DNA of 64,000 nt from Tubiluchus corallicola (lineage: Eukaryota; Animalia; Priapulida), in contig JAQGDQ010000012.1 in NCBI GenBank assembly GCA_030141605.1, positions 1,134,359 through 1,198,358 on the forward strand, in the 5' to 3' direction. The notes below the pieces were generated by a model. That model had not been told where the DNA came from. It ran no database searches and saw nothing but the letters and a program-made list of their open reading frames with translations. The translations under genes and the position numbers were made by a program. This document shows positions 13,551 through 25,458 of the stretch, in pieces. Position 1 is the stretch's first letter. The number at the start of each line of letters is the position of its first letter.

Positions 13551-16500
13551 TTCTCTCATATGTTTTCTTGTAAGCAACGTCTCTTATATAATTTTGTTTT
13601 ATTGCTTAAGTGTCTTTTGACTCTTTTCTCTATTTTTATTGTACTCACACCTTGTATTCAGTTGTTGCTGTTATGGTGTGAGTTTTTAATAAAACCAATT
13701 ATTTATTTATTTATTTTTATAAATGCATCAAGTCACTTGACTGGGCTTTCTACATTGCTTCCGTTCTCTTTGTGTTTTTTTAATATCTACTCTTACAGTA
13801 GAGCTTAGGAACTTCTGTCTTTCTAAGCATATATGTAACTCTGTACGGTTTTCACTCTGAGTTGACTTGTGAATGATGAATAATTATTGAAAAAAATGGC
13901 AGGCTCAGCTAGCTGCTACTAATGTATTCTTGTAACTCATTCTGATTAAGTTTATTTAACTGAATTTTTGTTTGTTCAAGTTCTTTCATTTTTGCACAGT
14001 TTCTGGTTCTGGATAGTTTAAATTATCATACTGTATTGTCTTGTTCCCCTGTTTTAAGATGATTATATACATCTGAACATGGATAAATAATTTTTTCTAA
14101 TTCAGTGTTTCATATGTTCTTGATTATTCATTATTCTCGATAATCAACTAGGTTCTGGTCTTATAACAGCCATTAACATTTGTTTGTAGTCTAGTTACCT
14201 TGCAACTAGACTGTTTTGTGCGATCTGAAAATCATGCCATGTGTCTGTTGAAGGTTGGCAGGCACATTTCATTGCAGTTTTGTGGTATAGTTTTAAAACT
14301 CACCAGACGTTGAGCAAATCCGGTGATTACATGGGTAATTGACCGTAATCAGTCTTGTGTCTCGCTGATTCATGACAGTTAACACTGAAGTAGTGCTATC
14401 TGATCCTCAGAGAAACTACAGCTCATTAAAGTTTAAAGAACATTTTGTAATTATGCTTCTCATTCTAGCCTAATGTGTGAAAAGAAAATTCAAATTGGTG
14501 ATTGTTGTAGCTAGCAAAGAAAATGATTAATATGCCTGACTGTGATTTCAGACTACCACTGCATTTCAATGGTGCTTGTATGAGCTGTCACGTCATCCAG
14601 ATGTACAAGATACGCTCTACAATGAAGTAGCAAGAATTTTGCCAGCTGATGCTACTCACATCACACAAGAGCACTTGTATGACATGAAATACTTAAAAAG
14701 TGTGATTAAGGAAACATTACGGTAAGTTAGCTCGAGCTACAGTAACATAAGAGTAGTATTATCTGAGGTTGTAAAGGTATAAATATGTGGTGTGACTCCA
14801 AATTTTGAGAGATTTTCACTCTGTATTAACACTTAAAAGCTCATGTGGCGCCCTAAGTAAACAAATCCAGCCCTATGTGTAGGAAAACCTCTAGATTCCC
14901 TGTATCATTATAGGTTATACAGGTCAATTGTAAATTCTGACAGAGCTTGCTTAATCACTGAACAAATAAGTACAGCAAAAGGGTTTTCTGTGATGCATGA
15001 ATACTAATAGTGAGTGTAGTGTAATTTTTTGTAATATGACCAAAAACATCATTGCTTGTTTACTCTAGAAAGGTATAGCTAGTAGCCAAATTCTACATAA
15101 TGCATTCTGCTTTTTTTGCAGATAGGTACTATATTAGTTGTTTTAAAGGTGCAGAGATATTAGCTGAAGCTTCAAAGCTTGGTGCAGTGTATTTTTTTAA
15201 GTATGGTGCAGTTTTTGCAAATTTGGGTTTTTGTCCCTATTTCAGACTACTAATATACAGTTAGCTAGCATTTATCATTATAAACAAATCTGTAGTACGA
15301 TTTGTAAGTTTTAGAAAGATCTACAAAATGGTATAAAGTTTGTATGTTTAGCATATTTTTTAAAAATACGCAAACACTTAAAAAGTGGAGAAAAAGGTAG
15401 TTTGCCTAGTTGTTAAAGAAATCCATACATTTAAATGCATTGCTTCCAAATGTTAAAAGTGGGAGCTTAATAAAAGACCAACTTATTTACTTAGTGTAGG
15501 TGATGTAACACTGCTACACCAAAAAGGGGAATTGCCATGCTAATGTAGTAAGGTCTTGGTGATGCCTTTACAAATAAAAAAATTGGTTAATATAAATTGC
15601 ACATTGTGGTGTCTATATAAGATTTTCTGTCTGTATGGAAAATGTACAGCATACTCTCTGCATTCAATTGCTCAGATTAGTTTTTGAAACTGGCAAAATA
15701 GCTCTACAATTATCAGAATTTCCATTACTGGTAATAAAGTGATAAAACCAATAACATCACTAACATTATGTTAAATGAATTATTGCATTTTAATGATTTT
15801 TTGCGGCTGTTTAGCTGGTCTTTAAAATGAACTGACCTTCAGCTGTATTTTTACAAGTAGCTGTAAAGGACGTTTAATTTGTTGGGACATTTAATGAAAC
15901 TTAATATCCAAAATAAGAATTTTTATGAGGTGTTCCTCTGAGTAAGTTAGTTAACCAGGTTGTCCTTTCACAATATTTTGGGCTTAATTTTTGCTTGCAT
16001 CTGGCTCCATTTTACAGCCTGCACCATCCAGTTGCTGGAGTTGCCAGAATTATTCCAGAAGATATGGTTATTCGAGGCTATCACATACCAAAAGGAGTAT
16101 GTTATATTTTACTTCACAAATCTAACGCTTATCTGCAGAAATTTCAGTCCAAAAATATGCCATATATGCAGCCTTTACCAAATGGCTGCAATGTGAAATC
16201 TGCATACAAAGTAATGTAAGTTTTTCTGAGAGTCAAACTAATTAAAATTTGTCGAAGAAATGAGCGAAGTGTGTATTTCGCATGTGATATCTAAATGACT
16301 TTGTCATAATTAAACCAGCTCTTGAGAGCAAGTTTTTGAAACCTTTTGTCCTTTTTTATTTGATTTAACTATTAGCTTCATAAAACCAAAGATAAGTACT
16401 GTTACACAAGTGGTGCTATTTAAGTGAAAATTTACCTGATTTTTGTTCAGAGCTTAGTTGCTGGCTCAACACACATCATGGCTAAAAGTGACAAGTACTT

Positions 16501-19500
16501 CAGGGACCCTCTCATATTCAAGCCGGAAAGATGGCTACGTGATCATGTGACAGATGATAATACCTTCCATCCGTTTGCATCATTACCTTTTGGGTTTGGT
16601 GTTCGCAGTTGCATAGGTAAGAAAACGAGATAGCTGACATGATTCAGCTGTTAAAGTAGAGAAATCAGTCAGTAAAGTAAGCTGCAGCTTCAGGATTACG
16701 TTGAAATTTTTTCTAAGACAATTTTTGACAATTTTTCTGTTATGTACCTTTATTCTTGTTATTATGACAATTTTTTGATATTTGTTTCTATTATGTACCT
16801 TTATTATGCAAATTGCAGTACATATACAACAAACGATTGGGTACTTTAACTACAGCTTTTATATTTTCATTATCATGGATTGCCTTTTATCTTTTACCCT
16901 TGCTTCTTGTAACAAGTTTGACAAATGAGCATGTTATTTTTTCTGGTTGGCTTTGAAATGCATTAGTGGTGCACTTCATGGTGAACGAATTCGGTCATTG
17001 ATATCTCTAAAAAGTAATTTGTTTTTTCTCTGAAATTTTGTATTTGGGACCTTTGTGATATGTCTTGTAATAGTGTTGTAATAAAATGCTTAAAAACTAA
17101 GGTTTTGTTTAACAGGATCAATAAAAGTACAAATATGCATTCATACTAGTATGAGTAATTGAATAACAGTTGGGCAGTGAAATCAAAAATGACTCTGAGG
17201 TTTGTCCCCTATTGGTCCACCTATATTATAAAAACTACCAAGTTCCTAAGAGATCACTACTTTGTAAAAAAAGAACCACTTTGGGAAAAATGTCACTCAT
17301 AAAAACACCTGCCCAGTTTTATAAAATACAAGGTTACTGGTTTTGTCAAAAAATTTTGTCTGTTATTATAAAGAAACAGGCTATTATTTTTAAAAAATTT
17401 CCTGTTTTCATGAAAAAACTAAGTCAATAATTTTGAAAAACATTAGTCACTTTGGTAAAGCAAACCGTTTTTACAAAAAAGTACGACTTTTGTAAAGATG
17501 TTGCTAGTTTCATGGAAACTATTGCCTATTTTTGCCAAAAAATTCCTACTTTTGTAAAAACAGTGGAACTACTAATTTTGTAAAAGCATTTAAATCCAAT
17601 TTTGTTAAAACAGTACTTTTTACATGTAGTGCTGGTAACTGATGTATTGTTCTGGGTTGACATCGTTTGACTGTTTTTATAGTATTTACTGTAACTAATA
17701 ATTAATTGGTATACAAACTATTTATAGAAATTAAAATTAATGTTTTCATCTCTGTAATGTATAGCAATCTCCTCTCAGCTCTTTTTTCTGACTTGGTTTC
17801 ACACATGTTCTTTTGGGATTTGCTTCCCTTCCTATCCAATGATTAGAATTCCAATTCGGATTCTCCTATGAGTCCCTTCTTATGGACAAATCCAATGGAC
17901 AAATGATTGCTTAAATAATTATCACTAGAAATAATTGCAAAGTCAAAATATTTATTTGTGTTGCATCACTTCAAATAATTATTTTCATATAATTCCATTT
18001 TAACATTATCGCATACGTGCATGTAATCATTGTCACCAAGATGAGAGCTTATAATCATTATTATTATTGCAAAGTTGGCATACTGAAAATGTACATGTAT
18101 TTTTGAAACTGTAATCTTTAATTACAAATAAGGTAAAAAAATAAAATATTATTATAATACACTTTTGAAAATGATGTTTAGAAGCCATTAATACAGAAAA
18201 GGAAAAAACAGCTAGTTTATTGCTGTAAAATTATGAATATCACCTGTACTTATTTCCAGCAATAACTCTTATACCAATGCTTTGTCAAATCCGCTTTGGG
18301 ATACAACTCATATGGATAGGAAGGAAAGCATATCCAGAAGAACATGTGTGAAAACAAATCAGAAAAAGAGCTGGGTGGAGATTGCTGTACCTTACAGAAA
18401 TGAAAATTTTAATTTCTACATATAGTTTGTTTACCAATTAATTATTACATAATGTGTTATGTGAAACACAGTTAAATGACGTCAACCCAGAGCAATACAC
18501 ATCAGTCTCCAACACTGCAACACAAAATGTATTGTTTTGACCAAAGTGGTTATTAATTGCCTTTACAAAATTTGTGGCCTAGTTGTTTGTACAAAAGTAC
18601 GAAATTTTTTGACAAAAACAAACTTTGTATTTTATAAAAGTGGGCATGGTTTTCATGAAACTAATCACATTTTAACAAAAGTGGCTACTTTTTTACAAGA
18701 GTGGGAATTTTTCGGTCTAAAAATAATACCTCTGGTTTTATAATAATGGGCAAGATTGTTTATAAGTAATAAGATTAGTAACAAAACCCAAGTGATTATT
18801 TTTTTTTACAAAAGTAGTAAGCTTATGCAAACTTGATCATTTTTACAATTTAGGTAGTTCATCTCCAGTTACTGTAAATTAAGTTTTGTAATAAACAGTA
18901 ATTATAATTCACGACTAGGAGAATAAAGCAAGTAGTAAAACTTCTGTCTTAAGTCATGAGAAGTATATTATCAGTATCAGTGAAAAGCAGTTCACACTTT
19001 TAGTACTAATTTTGAAGCTTTGTACATTGCTTTATATTATAATTGCTAATGCATGTAATTTTGTTTTTTCTAGGTAGACGATTTGCTGAATTAGAAATGC
19101 ACCTTCTTTTGGCCCATGTGAGTACTGTAATGTTTGTTTCTGCTGAGTCATATTGGTTTGACACATAAAATGTTCTTGTCTGTATAATTGTTACCATGTT
19201 TTGGCTGTTTCGCATAAATGTCGAGATGCTGTGTCAGTGACATTATGTGTTTTTTCTTTATACAATCGAGCAAACTGCAAGTGGATTTCTAGTATTTAGT
19301 GGAAAGTCTACTCTGTGTGAATTGTTATTAGATCAAATCCTAGCTGATTTTCTAAGCTATGCTTGTAAGGTCAGACACTGAACCAGCAAGAGGTGTTTTA
19401 GCCTCCTTTGAATGTGAGTACATCCTCCCTCTACAATGTAAACAGCCAGAATTGGTATAGCAAAAGAAAAATTCCAAAGTGAACATCAAACCTGGAAGTT

Positions 19501-19991
19501 GTGAGCTATTCTCTGACCAGCTTGGGGAGAGCTATTTTTAACTTCTGTCACCAAGCACATGCCGAGACCACTGGAGCCCTCTCCTATGTTTCTTGAAGTC
19601 ATATAACTCCAAGATTAAACTCTATATTACTGTTGGTTACTCTAAAGGTAGGGCAGCTCAACTAGCTTCTGTCTAGCTTTTTCACTTACATGTGTTTGTA
19701 GCAAGATTTGTTTTTTGAGTGATAGGTTATTATATTGTAGTAACTGGCAAGTGTTTGCTATAAAACAACATTAAATTTTAAAGTTAGTCGAACAAGAAAG
19801 TCTTTGTGTGAGCTTTGCAACTTTGTGTGAGCTTTACAACCTGCTGACATCACGTGAAACTTATTTTCTTATTTCAGCTCTGCAAGCGATTTATTGTTAA
19901 ACCAGGAAATGCAACTGACATTGAAATATCTCACTCAATCTTGATGTATCCTAGCAAATCTGTAGATGTGGCTTTAGTGGATCGGAAATAG
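8919..19991 (+). CDS. Mitochondrial-clan cytochrome P450 (CYP27/CYP24-like), 10 coding exons, ~532 aa (518 aa from the alternative ATG at 8961)
   Basis: Exons 8919-9159, 10290-10515, 11444-11634, 11802-12011, 12367-12524, 14552-14721, 16018-16096, 16451-16616, 19074-19117, 19878-19991; all GT-AG and in phase (1599 nt). Motifs: Arg/Ser-rich N-terminus without a TM anchor, KSFAEIPRKPSLP, C-helix EGESWHWQRR, VLFETRLGCL, I-helix IGAVDTT, K-helix YLKSVIKETLR, PERW, haem loop PFGFGVRSCIGRRFAELE. Confidence 0.93.
13414..13550. repeat. Compound microsatellite (CTACTG)n-(CTA)n-(AAT)n in CYP intron 5
   Basis: Seen directly; explains the poly-L/S/T/N/I ORFs at 13374-13808. Confidence 0.95.
17140..18930. 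repeat. Long diverged inverted repeat (foldback-like) in CYP intron 8; arms ~17140-17950 and ~18230-18930
   Basis: gatgtattgttctgggttgacatcgtttgactgt (17641) pairs with acagttaaatgacgtcaacccagagcaatacacatc (~18468). gcaatctcctctcagctcttttttctgacttggtttcacacatgttc (17764) pairs with gaacatgtgtgaaaacaaatcagaaaaagagctgggtggagattgc (~18340). Outer limits are approximate. Confidence 0.8.
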
Positions 19992-21899
19992 ATGCCTTGG
20001 AAAAACCCAAGTTCTAATGTTCTATTAGGTATATTTCCTATACTAAATAATCGGGTACCAATGTAATTGCCTTAAATCAATCACTGTGACACTAGTACAA
20101 GTAAAGTGATTTGTAGGAATCATTGATATGTTCTTTTATGTCAATTGTTAAAGTTGTGGCTACGATTTTGTGTTTCCATTATTGTTTGCCGGCGTTGCTG
20201 ATCCTGTAAGATGCAAGGTCGCGGATTGCAAACCTGGGTCTGTAAGGTTTTCTCGTGTTGTTGTGGACCCACATTGCTTTAGGACCTGGTGGAGTAGCTG
20301 ATCCAGCATATTTCTTAACTTTTGTTTCCGGATGTGGCTTCAAAGCTGGAACGTTAAGATTTTTGAAAGATATCCAAGTTTTTTTCCAATGTGCAAGCCA
20401 AAAACATGCCCAAGTCGTTACTGCATAGCTGGCTTCATATGCAAAAAACCCTCAAAGTCTCTAATCGAACTAAATCAGCATCTCAGTTTTAGAAACAATT
20501 ATTATTGTTTTTCTGTGGCAGATCCCCATGGAGTTGTGGACCCAGTTATTGTATACAGTCCACGGATTTTGCAAAGCTGCGGAATCACACAGTCCACGCA
20601 TCCTTGATCATGTTACAAAATCCCTAGCCATGTTATAAATTCTGACCAAATTTATTATATCAGTGTAGTGATCTTGTTTGCCAGGTAATTTCACTACTAA
20701 AAAACGCAATGGGCTTGACCACTTAAACAAATTGTTGCAATCTTAGTGATTAGATCATATTTTTATTATTTCTGTGAGGATTTAAATTATATTAGCTAGT
20801 CACATTTGTATTTTGTATAGACGTATAACTACTACAATTCTATTGTACGAATCTATGTGTTGCATCAGTAATAGAATTTGTGGCTATTAATAGTTACTGG
20901 CAGTTATTTGCAATGTTTGAGCTGCAAAAGAGGACTTCATATTCGAAGTAAATATATTGGAATTTGTTTTTTTATATTTTGATGAACCTGATTATGGTAC
21001 TGATTATTATAATTGTAATATACATATTATATTATGATATTCCAAAGTTTTAACTTTATAATTTTGGTTGTTTTTTATTAAGAGCACAGTCTAATGTATA
21101 GTAAAAATTGGTGAATAATTTTTAATTTGCAAAATAAAATAATTTAAGCTGAAATTATTCTTGTTGAATTTTTTTTTGATCTCTGTATCCCACAAAGGGT
21201 TTGCTCACGAATCTATGTCCTAAAGCCAAGCTTTCCCGAGGGTTCCGACAGCAGCCAAGCATTCGTCAAGCAGTCGCAAAACATTCACGGGTGTTGGCCA
21301 TTGTCGCAAAAAGGTTGCCAGCTTCGCCAAAAAATATTAAAATGTTTAAAATTTGTGCCGGAGTCGCAAAACTTGCTACCTCACCAAAACTTCACAAAAC
21401 TGTCGTAACATTCGCAAAATGCTCACAAATTAGTGGCCACGTTTTTCAACAGTTTCAGAACTTGCGACAACTTAGTAAACAGTTTGCGACACTTTTGAGA
21501 ATGTTGCGATTATTCTGCAACACTTTGGCGAACCAGGTTGTCCCACACTTTTTCATTGAAAATTCCATGAAATCGTCTTGAAATGATCACAGAATACCCC
21601 CACTGTCGTGCAACAGTCTGTGTAGTGGTGGTGGTGGCGGCGGCGGTGGAAATAGCGGAATAACAAATTGCCTATGTTTGTCCAACACATAACATGAGCA
21701 GTTTTGAGCTTTATCCAATTTGAAAGCACAAATGAAATAAATAAATATAAGTAAAAAAAGAAGAGAAAAAATAATAAAAATGTTGCTTAAGCTGAATCAG
21801 TGAAATCACATGTCCGGCAAGACAAAGTCCTAGCATTATAAATGTTCAACATTTCAAAAATAGCAGAACATACTGCATTACAACTTTCAGATTTAAATT

Positions 21900-24400
21900 C
21901 ATTGCCATAATTTTGGAATTTTATTTATTTGTAACTGGCTGAAACTCAGTGCAGTGGCACAGCATGATTCTCACATTGAACTTCTTGGCTGTTGCATATA
22001 CACTTCCGGTTATCTCTTGGAATTTGGCTCTACTGCCCAATTTCAATTGCCGTTCTATATGCAGAAAGGCGAAACTGAGAGAATGTTCTGGAATTTGAAC
22101 AGTTTTGTCTGTGGATAGTCGGGTGTATGCGTAATTCAGGATTTATTAGCCATTAAGTACAAAATTTAAATTTTATCACTAATCTGTACGTTTTGTTTAC
22201 CCGCTGAATATCGTGCATCTACTGATCGGCATTCCGTATTACAGCTTGTATGTACGTATAATCAGAAGATTAGCGTTTCTAACAAGATTCCGTGCATGAT
22301 TAAAGGGGTCACCAACCATGTACTGTTGCTCATTTGTCGTTCAGGTAAAAAATTTACCGGCAGATCAGAGTAACCCATTTCTAAAAAACATCAATAGCAT
22401 AATTTGGACGTCCATCAAATTTTTATTAAACTAAGATTCGCATCCATACAGTATTGCAGATAATAATGCTGCATCGAGTACCTTCTTTACATAGAAGGGA
22501 AAGTCACTGTTTTTCTTTACAAATGCCAAAGATTTGAGCACCTGGCAATATTTCTTATGAGCATGGGTCTCTAGGCACATTTTCGTTTTACCATCCCGAG
22601 TGAAAGGCACTCCCAAGTAGTATAAGATGAGCAATTTCTGATGGTCATGCCTTCAATATTCAATGGCCGCCTATCATTGTTATCTCCATTTATTATCATA
22701 AATTTGTTTTGCCCTGATTCAGCTCCATACCAGACTCACTGCAGAATTCAAGGAGAGTTTGCACTTTGTTTAAGCAGCTAATTCTAGAGGTAGCCAAAAG
22801 TGCGGTGTCGTTCATTACCATTTGCGAATGCAGCCAGCCTAAAAGCCTGTCTGAATGGCAGTTACTCTTAAACTTTTCTATCAGGTCATTCACGTACAGG
22901 ATGAACATGAACAAAGTACACGATGTGGGTGCCCTCTGGAGGCTGTAATTACCGCTGATCCCACGATGAAGCGAGTATCACTGTAAATACTAACAGTAAG
23001 CACCGTTAACATCATCACTCCACAGCCTAATCACTTCATAACGACAAACAAACAATTTCTAGGTATGCGATCATATGCCTTAGAAAAGTCCTTAAAAATT
23101 ATATACAATTTTTTGTTCATACATCTCGCATAGTCAACAAGCAAGCGTAAAGTAACAATTTGTTTCATGCAACCACGCCCTTTCTGGGGGAGCCTGCTTG
23201 CTCATGGTCTAGCTGTAACCATTTAGTCAGTCTTTCATTGAGAATACTATCATATACCTTAGCTAAGGTATCCATTACAGTCATCCTGTGATAGTTGTCA
23301 GTCAAAGAGGCTACCCCATTTTTAAATAATACGAGTCGAGAACAACAAAACCAAGCTGTTGGGTAGCTTCCTAAAATAAATATGCTATTAAGCTTAGAAA
23401 TCCTGTCAAGGTTGTTGAAAAGCATTTATTATACCCGAAGGAACACCAGAGAGGCCCCCACTAGCATTAAAATTTTAAGTCTTTTACGGCATTACTGATT
23501 TCTTCAATAGTGATTGGGCTGTCGGTGATAGGAATCGATGGACCATCTAGCAAGCTATTGAAGTCAATGAAATTTTCACAAGGATTTCAATTTAAAAGTT
23601 TTTCAAAATGCTCCTTGAATTTTTCGTCTGAGGATCTGTCAGATATAGATTGGTTATTAACAATGCCATTCCAGTTTATAGCTTTGGAGTCATTACTATT
23701 AATTAACGCAGATCACCGATTGTTTGCATTAGAAGTATGTACAGTACACGCATGCGACTGCCACTTGAAAGTTGGCTAACTTAGTATAATAAATCATTAA
23801 GCTTCCTCGTCTTCATCAGTGCTAGAGGTACTATACAGTTCCACAGGATCAACCTCTTTAAGGAAGTCAGACACCTTTTCCACATACAAAGAGTCAACAT
23901 GAATAGGGCGTTTACAAGGGTTGATATTTTGTGAAGTTATGTCATGGGCTCTCATTTCTAGATCAGTCACGCCATAAGCATACTCCAAATTATTATAATG
24001 AAATTGTTCAGACAGAAACTGAGGGTTTTGTACCACTTGAAAGTCAACAACGAGGTTAGCTTTACATTAGCGTTTGGCTTCCTGCAGGGGTCATTCGTCA
24101 GCTGCATATTAATCCAAGTGCATATTATAGCTTTTGCCTGATATAAACTCGTTACGATAAGAACTTCCAAAATGCGAATTAAAGTTACCTATGGCCACAA
24201 AATTTTTATTTTTATTTGACATTATTAAATCGCTCAGATCTACAACCATGTCCATTCTAAAATAGGGGTATTGTACAGCGGTATATATGCGCCCACGGCA
24301 GCAACTCTGTATTGTTGACGTCTCTATTCACTGCATTTATCATTAAAACTGCACACCCTTTAACTTCATTCAACTTTTGATAAGCCACATAGCCTGAAAG
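21900..24400 (-). mobile_element. Decayed non-LTR retrotransposon (LINE ORF2: endonuclease remnant, RT, C-terminal Cys/His region)
   Basis: Minus-strand fragments DNYHRMTVMDTLAKVYDSILNERL..EQAG, FILYVNDL, MNDTALLATSR (YADD-equivalent), YLGVPFT, ILYGCES, and FRLSAYRTAIEIG*..IPRDNRKCIC..VQCENH near 21960-22085. Multiple stops and frameshifts. Confidence 0.85.
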
Positions 24401-25458
24401 GCAAAGCAGGTTTAGTTTCATAAAGAAAAACAATGTTCCTTATTAGCCAAAAGTAAGCTTACATGCTCATTTGCAAGTTTGTTTCAGACTCCATTTACAT
24501 TCCACTACATAATCTTTAATATGTTATCCCACTTTACTGGAAAAAAGAAGGGTTCCATGTATCAGTCACAACCCTGTTTCTCATCAGTCTTCTACCTCAC
24601 TTATCAAAAACTGTCACACACTGTGTTTTCTGGCTTAGCTTTTTTGCTTCCTCAGCATCAAATAAATGCTTCTGCTCTCTTCTAATGAATATCTTTTTTA
24701 ATGAAAATGCATCTGAATTCAGAGGCCCATGATTTCAGTTTTTTGTGTTGCATATGACCTTTTCTCTATTCTCCACAGATTTCCCAATAATCGGCCTAAT
24801 TCGTCCTGATTCAGAAGACCTAATTCTTTCCACCTCTGAGATTAACTACTTTAACTATTTTTACAGTGCACAGTGTAGTGTTAACATTATTTATAAAATG
24901 GTTAACCTATATCAGCAGCTTGCAGCACTGATTATCAGCACTGAAAGAAACAGGCTTTGCAGAGAACTACGAAAACGATGCTGTCCAACTGGTCTACAAC
25001 TAGCAACTGCACTAGTACATTAAATTTTGTAAGCAGTCTAAGGTCTGCTGTGTATTATTCATTAAACAAGCTTTTAAATACGACTGGATACTACCTTATG
25101 CCAAATACTGTTTGTAATTGCATATTTTAAAATGATAATCTTAAGAAGTTCGAATACAGTGTGCTAAATCAAGTTTAATAATAAAATGATGGAAACAGTA
25201 TTTAAGACTAACAAGAAGTAAATTAATCAGCTTGATTTTCATTAACGTAAATGACACGAATTAATTCAACAAACATCAAAGATAGTTACCATTTAAGGTA
25301 GTTTCAATTAATCTCATTTAGATCGCAACAGACATGCATAATGTACATATTACTCTTCGTATACATAATCTACATAGTAGCAAGTTGCAATAATGAAAAG
25401 TTACTCATGAGTTAAAGCATCTGCTTTCCTTTATGAATGGTAAAAAAGACGATGTACT

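Noticed and set aside
13374-13808. Poly-Leu/Ile/Ser/Thr/Asn ORFs
   Set aside because: Translations of a compound microsatellite inside CYP intron 5.
21201-21640. 126 aa ORF
   Set aside because: TTG start, no motifs; lies in a degenerate tcgcaa/ttgcga repeat that looks like a decayed MITE.
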